Shown here one piece after another: positions 10,066-19,223 of a DNA stretch of 64,000 nucleotides (position 1 is its first letter; the number at the start of each line of letters is the position of its first letter). Source of the stretch: Candidatus Latescibacterota bacterium (lineage in GTDB: Bacteria > Latescibacterota > UBA2968 > UBA8231). The position numbers and the translations under genes are program-made. The DNA is taken from NCBI GenBank assembly GCA_965197905.1, contig CBDAOB010000005.1, forward strand, positions 1,952,001 to 2,016,000. Direction: 5' to 3'. The notes beneath the pieces are model-generated. The model was not told the DNA's origin, did no database searches, and worked only from the letters and a program-made list of their open reading frames with translations.

Positions 10066-11220
10066 TTACAGCAGCGACAGCGCTGAGACCTTGTTGACGT
10101 TGGCCTGCACCAACATGGCGTTACTGCTTTGGAGCAAGATCTGGTGCCGACTAAATTCGGTGACCTCGCGAGCCACGTCGGCATCGCGGATGCTGGCATC
10201 CGATGCTTGAATATTCTCGAACTCACTCTCCGTGTAAGCGATGGTGGAAGCCAGCCGATTCTGCACCGCTCCCAAGCTTCCGCGCTGGTTCGCAACGGTC
10301 TCTACCGCGCGGTCGATCGTTGCCAGCGATTGGCGCGCCGTGGAGATGCTGGCAATCGACAGGGACTGCAGGTTGAGGCTGGACCCGGAGGCCCTCAGAT
10401 CGGAGATACCGAGCTCGATTCGATTGATGAAACCATCTCGAGGGCCGACTTGAAACACCCCCCCAGTGCCTTCTGTAACAACGATTTGCGCGCCGTTAAG
10501 ATCGCCGTCCACGTAATCCCCAGTAGCGCCAGCAACACCGACCCCCGCGAGAGAAACTTGAACTCCCAAGCGGTCGAAATTCGCGATCGAGGTGGTTCCC
10601 GTGGCAACACTGCCTCCGTCGAGCCGCGTGCCCAAATCGAGGGTCTGGCTCACGGTGCCATTGCCCAGGGTAATGTTCCCGTCCGCCGCAGTGTCCTCGA
10701 AGGTGTAGGTGCCTCCCTGTGCTGCGGAAAGCGAGACCTTCACCACTCCCGTCGTGTCGCTGGTGGTGATCGCGGAAGACGTGGCATCTACCTGATTTCC
10801 GAAGCCGGTCAGCAACGTACCATTATTATAGGTGGTCGCCTGGGCGATCCGGTCGATTTCCGACACCAGCTGATTGAACTCCGCCGAGAGTGACTCCCTG
10901 TTCGAGTCGTTGATCGTACTGTTTGAGGACTGCACCGACAGTTCGCGCATGCGCACGAGCACGTTGTTCACCACCTGCAACGACCCTTCCGCGACCTGCA
11001 GCAGGTTTGACGCCTGTTCGGCATTGCGAACATTCTGTCGCAATCCCGACAGTTCGCCCCGCATCCCTTCCGAAACAACGAGACCTGAAGCGTCGTCTGC
11101 CGCCCGATTTACCCGTAACCCGGACGACAGGCGCTCCAGTTGTCGTTGCATACCGGTATTGTTGCGGCCAATAGATCGTTGCGCATTTATGGCCGAAATG
11201 TTGTTGTTCACCCTAAGCAT
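10066..11220 (-). CDS. fliC: Flagellin paralogue 1
   Basis: ERLSSGLRVNRAADDASGL, RMRELSVQ, LGAVQNRL and IRDADVARE. Confidence 0.96.
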   Translation of the reverse strand: MLRVNNNISAINAQRSIGRNNTGMQRQLERLSSGLRVNRAADDASGLVVSEGMRGELSGLRQNVRNAEQASNLLQVAEGSLQVVNNVLVRMRELSVQSSNSTINDSNRESLSAEFNQLVSEIDRIAQATTYNNGTLLTGFGNQVDATSSAITTSDTTGVVKVSLSAAQGGTYTFEDTAADGNITLGNGTVSQTLDLGTRLDGGSVATGTTSIANFDRLGVQVSLAGVGVAGATGDYVDGDLNGAQIVVTEGTGGVFQVGPRDGFINRIELGISDLRASGSSLNLQSLSIASISTARQSLATIDRAVETVANQRGSLGAVQNRLASTIAYTESEFENIQASDASIRDADVAREVTEFSRHQILLQSSNAMLVQANVNKVSALSLL

Positions 11221-11357
11221 GTTGAGTCTCCCTGGCGCAAAGCCAGATTGGGACTGCTAACTAACTATTAATACAAGTCTTTACATCTTAATCCCTTGTG
11301 CAGTGATCCCTACTTCACAAGAGGATTCCCAAGGATGGCAGTCGCTTCCTGTTCCGT

Positions 11358-11385
11358 TTATCGGTGGCACGTACCTCGTACTTTA
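11358..11385 (-). promoter_or_regulatory. sigma28-type promoter of flagellin 1
   Basis: TAAA-N16-ACCGATAA. Confidence 0.7.
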
Positions 11386-11434
11386 GCGGATTCTCGAAAA
11401 AAACCCGAAAATAGCTCGCCCCCACCAAAAAAAG

Positions 11435-11461
11435 TAAAGCTTGTCGACCTGGGGCCGATAT
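11435..11461 (+). promoter_or_regulatory. sigma28-type promoter of flagellin 2
   Basis: TAAA-N15-GCCGATAT. Confidence 0.85.
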
Positions 11462-11540
11462 CTACAACATGATACCAAGTTATATCACGTATTATCACTC
11501 GTGAAACAACTAGAATCATAAGCTTCCCACACGGAGGATT

Positions 11541-11560
11541 TTAGAACAAGGAGGTTCTAA
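11541..11560 (+). promoter_or_regulatory. CsrA-type hairpin over the RBS of flagellin 2
   Basis: TTAGAAC-AAGGAG-GTTCTAA is a 7-bp stem with GGA in the hexaloop, 2 nt before the ATG. Confidence 0.7.
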
Positions 11561-11562
11561 TC

Positions 11563-12726
11563 ATGTCGGTTCATATAGGGCACAACTCCGCAGTTATCCG
11601 CGCCAACAACGCTTTTTCGAAAATAGAGCGTTCCGCTCAACCCCAGCGATCTATGCTTGCGTCCGGACTCGCCATAAACTCCGGGAAGGATGGTGGCGCC
11701 CGTCTCTCGGTTTCCGAAGGAATGCGCGCCGAAATCGGAGGGTTGACGGTGGGAACACGCAATGCGGAAAATGCTCTGGATCTTCTCAAGACAGCAGAGG
11801 GCGCGCTCAATGAGGTAAGTGCGATTCTCATTCGGATGCGGGAGTTGTCGACTGAATCCAGTACCGCCACGTTGAACGACAACAATCGAGCCGGCCTGGG
11901 GTCGGAGTTCAACCAGTTAAAGGAATACATCGATCGCATCGCCAAGCTGGCCAGCTACAACAACAAGCCGTTGTTGAACGGTTTTGGAAACGAAGCGAAC
12001 GCCGACCTCACTACGGCGTTGGTTCAGAACACAGATACCGGACTTCACAGCCTGACGGTTAGCGGTGCCGACGTCGGTACCTACACTTTTGTAGACGACG
12101 GCGCCGACAACACCCTGACCCTAGGAAATGGCGTCGTCACGCAGACGGTGAACTTCGGATCGCGAATGGTTGACGGCGCTGTTGCTGAGGGTACGACCTT
12201 GGCGCTTACCTTTGACCGGTTGGGCTTGGAGTTGGAATTATCCGGCGACAATGTGCAAAGCGCCGCAGGGTCGTATCGAGATGGTGATCTCGATGGGCAC
12301 AAGATTGTGATCGAAGAGGGAATCGGCAGCTTTCAACTGGGCAGCGATGCCGTACCCGCAGATCGCATCGACTACGACATTCCCGACATGACCGTCGGAG
12401 GAAAGTTTCTCGATCTGGGAGGCGTAAGCGTCGACACCCGCGACGCCTCTAGGCGAGCGCTCGTGCAGGTCGATCGAGCTATCGAAAAGGTGGCGAACGT
12501 GCGCGGGGAGATCGGAGCCCTTATCAATCGAATGGAGAACACGATCGATTTTACCACAAACTCCATCGAGAACCTGCATGCCTCGGAATCCACGGTGCGG
12601 GATGCGGACTACGCCCAGGCAACAACCAGTTTGGCGAAGAGCCAAATTCTGCGCGACATGACGACCAGCGTCATGGTTATGGCCCGCGTTCCGGTGAATA
12701 TGGTGATGAGCCTGCTCGCGTCGTAG
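11563..12726 (+). CDS. Divergent flagellin paralogue 2
   Basis: LASGLAINS..D, AEGALNEVSAILIRMRELS and VRDADYA; shares its central domain with the other paralogues. Confidence 0.92.
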   Translation: MSVHIGHNSAVIRANNAFSKIERSAQPQRSMLASGLAINSGKDGGARLSVSEGMRAEIGGLTVGTRNAENALDLLKTAEGALNEVSAILIRMRELSTESSTATLNDNNRAGLGSEFNQLKEYIDRIAKLASYNNKPLLNGFGNEANADLTTALVQNTDTGLHSLTVSGADVGTYTFVDDGADNTLTLGNGVVTQTVNFGSRMVDGAVAEGTTLALTFDRLGLELELSGDNVQSAAGSYRDGDLDGHKIVIEEGIGSFQLGSDAVPADRIDYDIPDMTVGGKFLDLGGVSVDTRDASRRALVQVDRAIEKVANVRGEIGALINRMENTIDFTTNSIENLHASESTVRDADYAQATTSLAKSQILRDMTTSVMVMARVPVNMVMSLLAS

Positions 12727-12740
12727 CGCGGAATCTCGCC

Positions 12741-14462
12741 TCAGATGAGACGGAACACCCGGATCCCACCCCCACGCGTACTCGGGCTGGCCTCGATGAC
12801 GAACTCCAGCTCAACGGTGGAGTTGCCGACGTTTAGCAGCTGCTCGAAATACGCCCGATTCTTCAGGTATCGGTACCGCGCCGCCCCCTGCCCGGGGGGT
12901 TCGTACTCTCCCAGGTAGCGCTGGTAGACGGCGGCAGGTAACACCATGTACTGTGCTCCCTTGATTTTGAGCTGCGATGGTGTCATCAAGGCCCGACGGA
13001 ACACCCGTTCGGTTTCGGCGTCGCTCAGGTCTACCTCGTCGCGCAGCGCTTCCGGCACCCACGGCTTCTTCAGCCACACCTCCATATTGACCAATCTGTA
13101 GGTCGGTTCCCCACGCCAGTCCTCTTTCAGACGTCGCTGCATTCGCTCGTCACTGGCGTAATAACGCAAGATCCCCGCCTGGGCATCCTGCAATCGCAGC
13201 CGCGGACAGTACGGCAGCCAGGTCATAGCGATTGTGGAACCGTTGGGTATGTTCGTCGTAATCCAGTTGGCGGCCAGTGCCCGTGTGTCGGTTAGACCGC
13301 GCTCCCAGTTCTGCTCGATTATCAGTGTTAGGTTGGGAGCGACGCACAACAAGGCTACCACCGGTAACAACCGATTCTGGCGCACCATCGGGGTAAAACG
13401 CTCAAGGAGCTGGTAGAGGATGCCTGCAGCTAGGATGCAAAAAAGCGGATAGAACTGAAGCACATAATGCAGACTCTCGCGGGTCCAGCTACCGATGTAG
13501 AGGAAGCTCGGCACCCACGCCGACAGGAAGATCAGATCCAGGGGAGTTCGGCGCACCACTGCCATTCCCCCTCCTACCACGATAAGCGATCCAAGAAGAT
13601 ATTCTAGTTGCACCAAATCGCGGATTATCCACCACCAGGGTGTCGTTTGGGAGAGGGAAAAGGCGAGGGCCGACACTTGGTACCGACCCAGCGCCAGGTA
13701 TTTCTCGTACGCCAAAAACAGATAGGGCGAGGCGACAAACAACGCCAGGAATGCTACCCCGACACACAGCCCGATCTTCCGCAATCCTTCCCCCGAGATC
13801 AGCTCGAGTCCCAACCTGCGACGGTGTAGCAGATGTGCCGCCACCAGGGACAGGGCGACGAGCCCGCCGTTGTATTTTGTCGCCACCAGCAAACCTGCTG
13901 CAATGCCGCCGAGAACGAACAGACCCGTGCTGCCGTTCTCGTAGATGCGCCAGGCAATGTAGAATGAGAGGGCCGCGAACAGAGCCATGGTACTGTCGGG
14001 GAGCGCCTGGTGGGCTTGCCCGACCGGCACCACCGAGGCTGCGGAAAATACCGTGGCTACCGACGCTACAGTCCGATGACAGGCGCGTTTCGCCAGCAGG
14101 TAGGTCACCAGCACGGTTGCGGTGGAGACCAGGGCGCTCAGGAATCTGCCTGTCAGGGCGGAGCGTGCCGGATCGACGAAGGAGGCGAACACCACCGAAT
14201 CCCACGCGTTGCCCACATCGGTCAACTGCCCGAGCCAGTAACTCATCCACAAGCCCGCCGCGTTCAGATAGGAATAGAATGCAGGATAAGTAAATTCGGT
14301 TGGTAGCAACGTCGCGCTGCGGTAGAAGTTCCACACGCTGGCGGCAACCCCCACCTCATCCACGTGGCCGTAGAAATCCGGATATCCCTGTTGGAATCCC
14401 CAGAGTCTGAGCACGAAGGCACAGAGGAGTCCGCCGGCAAGCAACAGATTAGCCCGGGTCAT
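12741..14462 (-). CDS. GT-C membrane glycosyltransferase (ArnT/PMT, GT39-like)
   Basis: HVDE loop after TM1, YPAFYSY and ATKYNG; many TM helices and a soluble C-terminal domain. Confidence 0.8.
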   Translation of the reverse strand: MTRANLLLAGGLLCAFVLRLWGFQQGYPDFYGHVDEVGVAASVWNFYRSATLLPTEFTYPAFYSYLNAAGLWMSYWLGQLTDVGNAWDSVVFASFVDPARSALTGRFLSALVSTATVLVTYLLAKRACHRTVASVATVFSAASVVPVGQAHQALPDSTMALFAALSFYIAWRIYENGSTGLFVLGGIAAGLLVATKYNGGLVALSLVAAHLLHRRRLGLELISGEGLRKIGLCVGVAFLALFVASPYLFLAYEKYLALGRYQVSALAFSLSQTTPWWWIIRDLVQLEYLLGSLIVVGGGMAVVRRTPLDLIFLSAWVPSFLYIGSWTRESLHYVLQFYPLFCILAAGILYQLLERFTPMVRQNRLLPVVALLCVAPNLTLIIEQNWERGLTDTRALAANWITTNIPNGSTIAMTWLPYCPRLRLQDAQAGILRYYASDERMQRRLKEDWRGEPTYRLVNMEVWLKKPWVPEALRDEVDLSDAETERVFRRALMTPSQLKIKGAQYMVLPAAVYQRYLGEYEPPGQGAARYRYLKNRAYFEQLLNVGNSTVELEFVIEASPSTRGGGIRVFRLI

Positions 14463-14466
14463 CTTT

Positions 14467-15162
14467 CTATCTCGAGGACACCGCGTAACGAAAGATGGTC
14501 CACAAAATCTTGTATCCGGCCTTGATGGAGCCGATCACGGTACCGGAGATCTTTGAGACCCCGATCCGACGGCGATAGCTCACCGGAATCTCGCAACATC
14601 GCAACCCTCGTCGCGCCGCTTTCACTTGCATTTCCACGGTCCAGCCGTAGTCGCGATCTACCATGTCCAACTGCAGAAGTCGCTGGTAACGAATGGCTCT
14701 GAAAGGTCCAAGATCGGTAAACCGCACGCCGAACAGAGCCCGAATCAACACGGTGGCCAGGGCGTTTCCAAGCCGAGCCTGCGGAGTCAGGGCGCCCCTT
14801 TCCCGCCGGCCCAATACCCGTGATCCGATCGTCAGATCCGCTCGGTTCTCCGCAATGGGAGCAACCAGTTGGGGAAGCTCGTCCGGGTGATCGCTATAGT
14901 CTCCGTCCAAGAATACAACAACGTCTGGATTCTTGAGCGCTGCCATGCCTGCCAGGCAAGCCCTGCCGTATCCGCGCTCCGGTTCCAGCACGACGGTAGC
15001 CCCCAACTCTGCGGCAATCCCCCCCGTTTTATCCGTCGAGCCGTTGTCCACCACGATTAATTGCTGTACCCAAGTCACCGGAAGATCACCTATTACCGAC
15101 GCGATCGCCCGCTCCTCGTTGAGTGCGGGGATGATTACTGCAATGGAGACAGACCTATCCAT
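14467..15162 (-). CDS. GT2 polyprenol-phosphate glycosyltransferase-like
   Basis: IIPALNEE, VVDNGSTD, FLDGDYSD and TDLGPFRAI. Confidence 0.92.
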   Translation of the reverse strand: MDRSVSIAVIIPALNEERAIASVIGDLPVTWVQQLIVVDNGSTDKTGGIAAELGATVVLEPERGYGRACLAGMAALKNPDVVVFLDGDYSDHPDELPQLVAPIAENRADLTIGSRVLGRRERGALTPQARLGNALATVLIRALFGVRFTDLGPFRAIRYQRLLQLDMVDRDYGWTVEMQVKAARRGLRCCEIPVSYRRRIGVSKISGTVIGSIKAGYKILWTIFRYAVSSR

Positions 15163-15211
15163 TTCCCAAAGGGAGGAGGAATCTCGACTCGGAGAGCTGT
15201 TGGCGGAGTAC

Positions 15212-16051
15212 CTATTGAAGATGGCTTTCGAGCCACGCGAACAGCGACTCGGAAGCGGAAGGGATATTATTTAGAAGCGCAAGACCATGATCGCTGGCAC
15301 CGTCGAAAACGATCAGATTGGGATCCGTCGTTATGGTGGCCAACGAACCGGCGAATCCGGCATAGCTGAGCACCCTGCCGTCTTCGAGGGGCAGCACATC
15401 CGCACTACCGACCATGTAGAGGATCGAATGGGGGCCGAACGGATTGATGCCGGCGCCTATCACCGCGGGTAGGGCGTCCTGTCCCACCCAGATTCCGGGA
15501 GACAGAGCGACGGCTGCTTTGATTCGCTGAGGAATAGCACCCATTATGACGAAAGCGATATTGCCACCCACACCGTCTCCAATCACAGCCACCTTTCCGG
15601 CGTCGACTTCAGGACGATCCTGAAGCCAGCTTACCGCGGCACTGACGTCGAGATAGCTGATTTCGAGATCCTCCAAGGAAATTTGCAGGCGCCCGTCGGG
15701 AAGGGATGTACCGCCGTGTCCACGAAGATCAATAGCCAGGACGTTGTATCCGCCTTCCAAAAGATCCAGGAACAAAGAGGTGTTCTGCAACCACTGCTCC
15801 TTGCCAGTGCCCAATTCGTGAACGAGGATAACGGTACGGTTCTTGGTCACTCCCTCCAATACGCCGAACAACGCGCTGATCTGGATTCCGTCGATGGTGG
15901 GAAAGGAGACCTGCTCGACATCGTAGACACGGCCCGTCCCGACCTCGAACCCCGGACCAGTAATGGCGCCGTCGGAGTCGCCGTCACCACAGCCCGAAAT
16001 CCCCATCGAAAACAGGATGAGGAGTAGTGGCCAACGAATGTTTCGCATCAC
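15212..16051 (-). CDS. Alpha/beta-hydrolase-fold lipoprotein
   Basis: Signal peptide ending ISGC; VILVHELG, IDLRGHG and AVALSPG. Confidence 0.8.
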   Translation of the reverse strand: MMRNIRWPLLLILFSMGISGCGDGDSDGAITGPGFEVGTGRVYDVEQVSFPTIDGIQISALFGVLEGVTKNRTVILVHELGTGKEQWLQNTSLFLDLLEGGYNVLAIDLRGHGGTSLPDGRLQISLEDLEISYLDVSAAVSWLQDRPEVDAGKVAVIGDGVGGNIAFVIMGAIPQRIKAAVALSPGIWVGQDALPAVIGAGINPFGPHSILYMVGSADVLPLEDGRVLSYAGFAGSLATITTDPNLIVFDGASDHGLALLNNIPSASESLFAWLESHLQ

Positions 16052-16161
16052 CTGTTTTTTCCGCCTGCCGCGTTAAGGTTGTTCCGGTTCTGAGACTTCG
16101 ACGACAGGTTGTTCTATTGCTAAATAAAGCCCCGTCCCGTGCGAAAGTCAATCAGTGCTGA

Positions 16162-16190
16162 TTGACTGAATACCAGCGCAGACCTATCGT
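16162..16190 (+). promoter_or_regulatory. sigma70-type promoter of ECF ATPase-pyrC
   Basis: TTGACT-N17-TATCGT. Confidence 0.55.
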
Positions 16191-16209
16191 AAATCGAGAG
16201 TTTTGCTTC

Positions 16210-17940
16210 ATGATCCTGGCGGAAAATCTCACCTACTCACATCCTGGAAACATACCCGGAATAACGGGCGTCAGCATAGAAATCTCTGCGGGTTCGCGGG
16301 TTGCCATACTGGGCGCCAATGGTTCTGGCAAGAGCACACTCGCGCGCTGTCTGAACGGGATCCACGTACCGCAATCCGGACGTGTTCTCGTAGATGGTCT
16401 CAACGTTGGAGATCCCGCAGCGACCTACGAGATCCGGCGGCGGGTCGGCATGGTGTTCCAGAATCCCGACGATCAGCTGGTCTCCACCTCGGTGGAGACT
16501 GAGATCGCCTTTGGATTGGAAAACATTTCCGTGCCGACAACGGAGATGCGGAATCGCGTTGACGAGACTCTCGAAACCTTCCACCTCACTCAATACCGCA
16601 AACGCCATCCACACAACCTGTCAGGAGGCGAGAAACAGAGGGTAGCTATTGCGGCCGTCGTCGCGCTGCAACCCCAGTACCTGATATTAGATGAGCCAAC
16701 ATCGCTGTTGGATCCAAAAGCGAAACGAGATATCAACGATCTGCTAACGAGATTGACGTCCGAGTTCGGCATCGCCTGTGTTCAGATCACGCAGGATCCA
16801 GAAGAGATTGTCAGCGCTGACTGCACGCTGGTGTTGGATCGGGGTCGATTGGCCCATAGCGGCCGACCCGAACAGGTCTTTGCAAACCCGGACGTATTGC
16901 GCGACATCGGCCTCGACGTTCCTTTTGCCGCTGCCGTCGGCGCACGCCTCGCCCACCTGCTCCCGTCCAGTCGGGGTCCCTATTTAAGTCTGCAAGATCT
17001 CGTTACCGACCTGGCACCGGTATGCCCAACCGACGCAGATCAGCCTACCCGCTGTGAAGATGGCGGACGCGAGAATGCTGTGTTGCGAACCGAAGCACTC
17101 TGTCACAAGTACGACGTGGGATTGCCCTCCGAACATCTGGCAATTGACGACATATCGATTGAGATTCCACGCGGGTCGATCCTGGCGTTGGTCGGACCGA
17201 GCGGTTCCGGCAAGACGACCCTGGCCCAACACTTCAACGCCCTGCTGGAACCCTCGAGTGGTCGTGTGGTTCTGGACGAAACGGATGTCTGGGGCGCGGG
17301 CTTGGACAAGGTCGAGGTTCGACGCCGTGTGGGATTTGCCTTTCAGTTCCCAGAGCTTCAACTGTTCGACGAAACGGTTTTGAGCGACGTGGCATTTGGC
17401 CCCACGAACCTAGGCTTTTCCGAGGACGAAGCGAACCGGGCGGCGGAGAACGCGCTCGATTCAGTGGGGTTGCCGGCATCGGTATTCGGCGAACGCTCTC
17501 CCTTCTCGCTGAGCGGCGGAGAGATGCGACGGGTTGCCCTGGCCGGCATCTTGGCTATGGCCCCCGACGTGCTTGTGCTGGACGAACCCACAGCCGGTCT
17601 GGATCCGCAGGGGGCGGATCAGATTTGCAATATCCTGGTGGAGCTGCGCGAAAGGGGCCACACGGTGGTTTTGATCGCGCACGACATGGACCTGGTGAGC
17701 CGTTTGGCCGACGAAATGATTCTGCTGAATCATTCGCGTCTTGAGCTACAAGGGATTACGCGTTCTATCGTTTCGAACATCGAGCTGCTGCAGGAAAACG
17801 GCCTTGAGGCACCCAACCCGGCAAAGCTTACCCATGCTCTTGGCGAGGCTGGCTGTAAGGTTCCCACCGGGCTTCTCACGATCGACGACATAGTGGATTA
17901 CTTCGAGGAGACAAATGACAGCGGGCACCTGGCAGGCTGA
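16210..17940 (+). CDS. Fused ECF-transporter ATPase (EcfA1-EcfA2)
   Basis: Two ABC domains: GANGSGKS/FQNPDDQ/LSGGEKQR/DEPT and GPSGSGKT/FQFPELQLF/LSGGEMRR/DEPTAGLDP. Confidence 0.93.
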   Translation: MILAENLTYSHPGNIPGITGVSIEISAGSRVAILGANGSGKSTLARCLNGIHVPQSGRVLVDGLNVGDPAATYEIRRRVGMVFQNPDDQLVSTSVETEIAFGLENISVPTTEMRNRVDETLETFHLTQYRKRHPHNLSGGEKQRVAIAAVVALQPQYLILDEPTSLLDPKAKRDINDLLTRLTSEFGIACVQITQDPEEIVSADCTLVLDRGRLAHSGRPEQVFANPDVLRDIGLDVPFAAAVGARLAHLLPSSRGPYLSLQDLVTDLAPVCPTDADQPTRCEDGGRENAVLRTEALCHKYDVGLPSEHLAIDDISIEIPRGSILALVGPSGSGKTTLAQHFNALLEPSSGRVVLDETDVWGAGLDKVEVRRRVGFAFQFPELQLFDETVLSDVAFGPTNLGFSEDEANRAAENALDSVGLPASVFGERSPFSLSGGEMRRVALAGILAMAPDVLVLDEPTAGLDPQGADQICNILVELRERGHTVVLIAHDMDLVSRLADEMILLNHSRLELQGITRSIVSNIELLQENGLEAPNPAKLTHALGEAGCKVPTGLLTIDDIVDYFEETNDSGHLAG

Positions 17941-19219
17941 CATACTTGTCAAGGCGGGCAGGGTCATCGACCCTGCCAATGGTCGCGATGGCGTTGCCGA
18001 CGTTCTGGTAAGGAGTGGCAAGATTGCGCAGGTAGGGTCTGATATTCGAAACGCGGACGGAACACGAGAAATCGACGCCCGAGGTTTGGTCGTCACTCCC
18101 GGATTGATCGATGTCCACGTTCACCTGCGCGAGCCGGGGTACGAACACAAAGAGACCATCGCCTCCGGATCCCGAGCGGCCGCTGCTGGAGGTTTCACCT
18201 CGGTGGCGGCCATGCCCAATACCGACCCCCCTTTGGATACCCCCGACAGACTGAGTGATTTCCACCAGCGCGTCAAAACAACCTCGCTCGTGCGCGCCTA
18301 CCCCATCGCCTGCATAACCAAGGGACGCGAGGGTCAGGAGTTAGCTCCTCTAGAGCTGCTCGCGGCGGCGGGAGCTGTCGCTTTTTCGGATGACGGCGAT
18401 CCTGTCGAAGATGAAGAACTCATGCGGACCGCGCTGAGTGCGGCTTCGCGGCTGGACAAGCCGATCTTTCCCCATGAGGAGGTCAAACAGCTGACCGCTG
18501 GAGGTTGCATGCATGAGGGAGAGGTTTCCGCACGCCTCGGCGTCAAAGGTATGCCGGCGGCGGCCGAGGAAGCCATGATCGCGCGCGACATACGTCTGGT
18601 TCGAGACACCGGAGGCCCTCTCCATGTTGCTCACATCAGCACTACCGGAAGTGTCGAGCTGGTGCGCGCCGCCAAATTGGAAGGGTTGCCCGTAACCTGT
18701 GAAGTGCTTCCCCACCATTTCGTCTTGACCGACGAGGAGGTTGCGTGTCAGGGAACGGCTGCGAAGATGAGTCCACCTCTACGGGCCCGCACCGATGTGG
18801 AGGCCATGTTCGCCGGGTTAGCGGATGGCACGATCGACCTGATTTCCACCGATCACGCACCTCACACCGCCGCAGAAAAGAAGCAGTCGCTCGAGCAGGC
18901 GCCGTTCGGGATCGTCGGATTAGAAACCGCGGTCGGGTTGACCCTAACCTATCTGGTGAATGCAGGCGTGCTAGACCTGGTATCGGCGATCGACAAATGG
19001 ACCTGGAGTGCGGCTCGGGCCCTGCGTTTGCCCGGTGGCCGACTCAGTTCCGGAGACCCTGGTGATCTGACTATCTTGGACACCGATGAATCGTGGCAGG
19101 TGGACGCAGGAAGCTTTCAATCAAATTCGAAAAACACCCCTTTCGATCGGTTGCGGCTTACTGGAAGGGCGGTGGCTTCGGTGGTCGGCGGAGACGTGGT
19201 GTTTTCCCGCCTGAGTTAG
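17915..19219 (+). CDS. pyrC: Dihydroorotase (type I)
   Basis: DVHVHLREPG, MPNT, AFSDDG and STDHAPH. Confidence 0.95.
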   Translation: MTAGTWQADILVKAGRVIDPANGRDGVADVLVRSGKIAQVGSDIRNADGTREIDARGLVVTPGLIDVHVHLREPGYEHKETIASGSRAAAAGGFTSVAAMPNTDPPLDTPDRLSDFHQRVKTTSLVRAYPIACITKGREGQELAPLELLAAAGAVAFSDDGDPVEDEELMRTALSAASRLDKPIFPHEEVKQLTAGGCMHEGEVSARLGVKGMPAAAEEAMIARDIRLVRDTGGPLHVAHISTTGSVELVRAAKLEGLPVTCEVLPHHFVLTDEEVACQGTAAKMSPPLRARTDVEAMFAGLADGTIDLISTDHAPHTAAEKKQSLEQAPFGIVGLETAVGLTLTYLVNAGVLDLVSAIDKWTWSAARALRLPGGRLSSGDPGDLTILDTDESWQVDAGSFQSNSKNTPFDRLRLTGRAVASVVGGDVVFSRLS

Positions 19220-19223
19220 GCGG

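Noticed and set aside
16162..16209. TTG start for the ECF ATPase
   Set aside because: Coincides with the predicted -35 box; ATG 16210 matches the start of the ABC domain.
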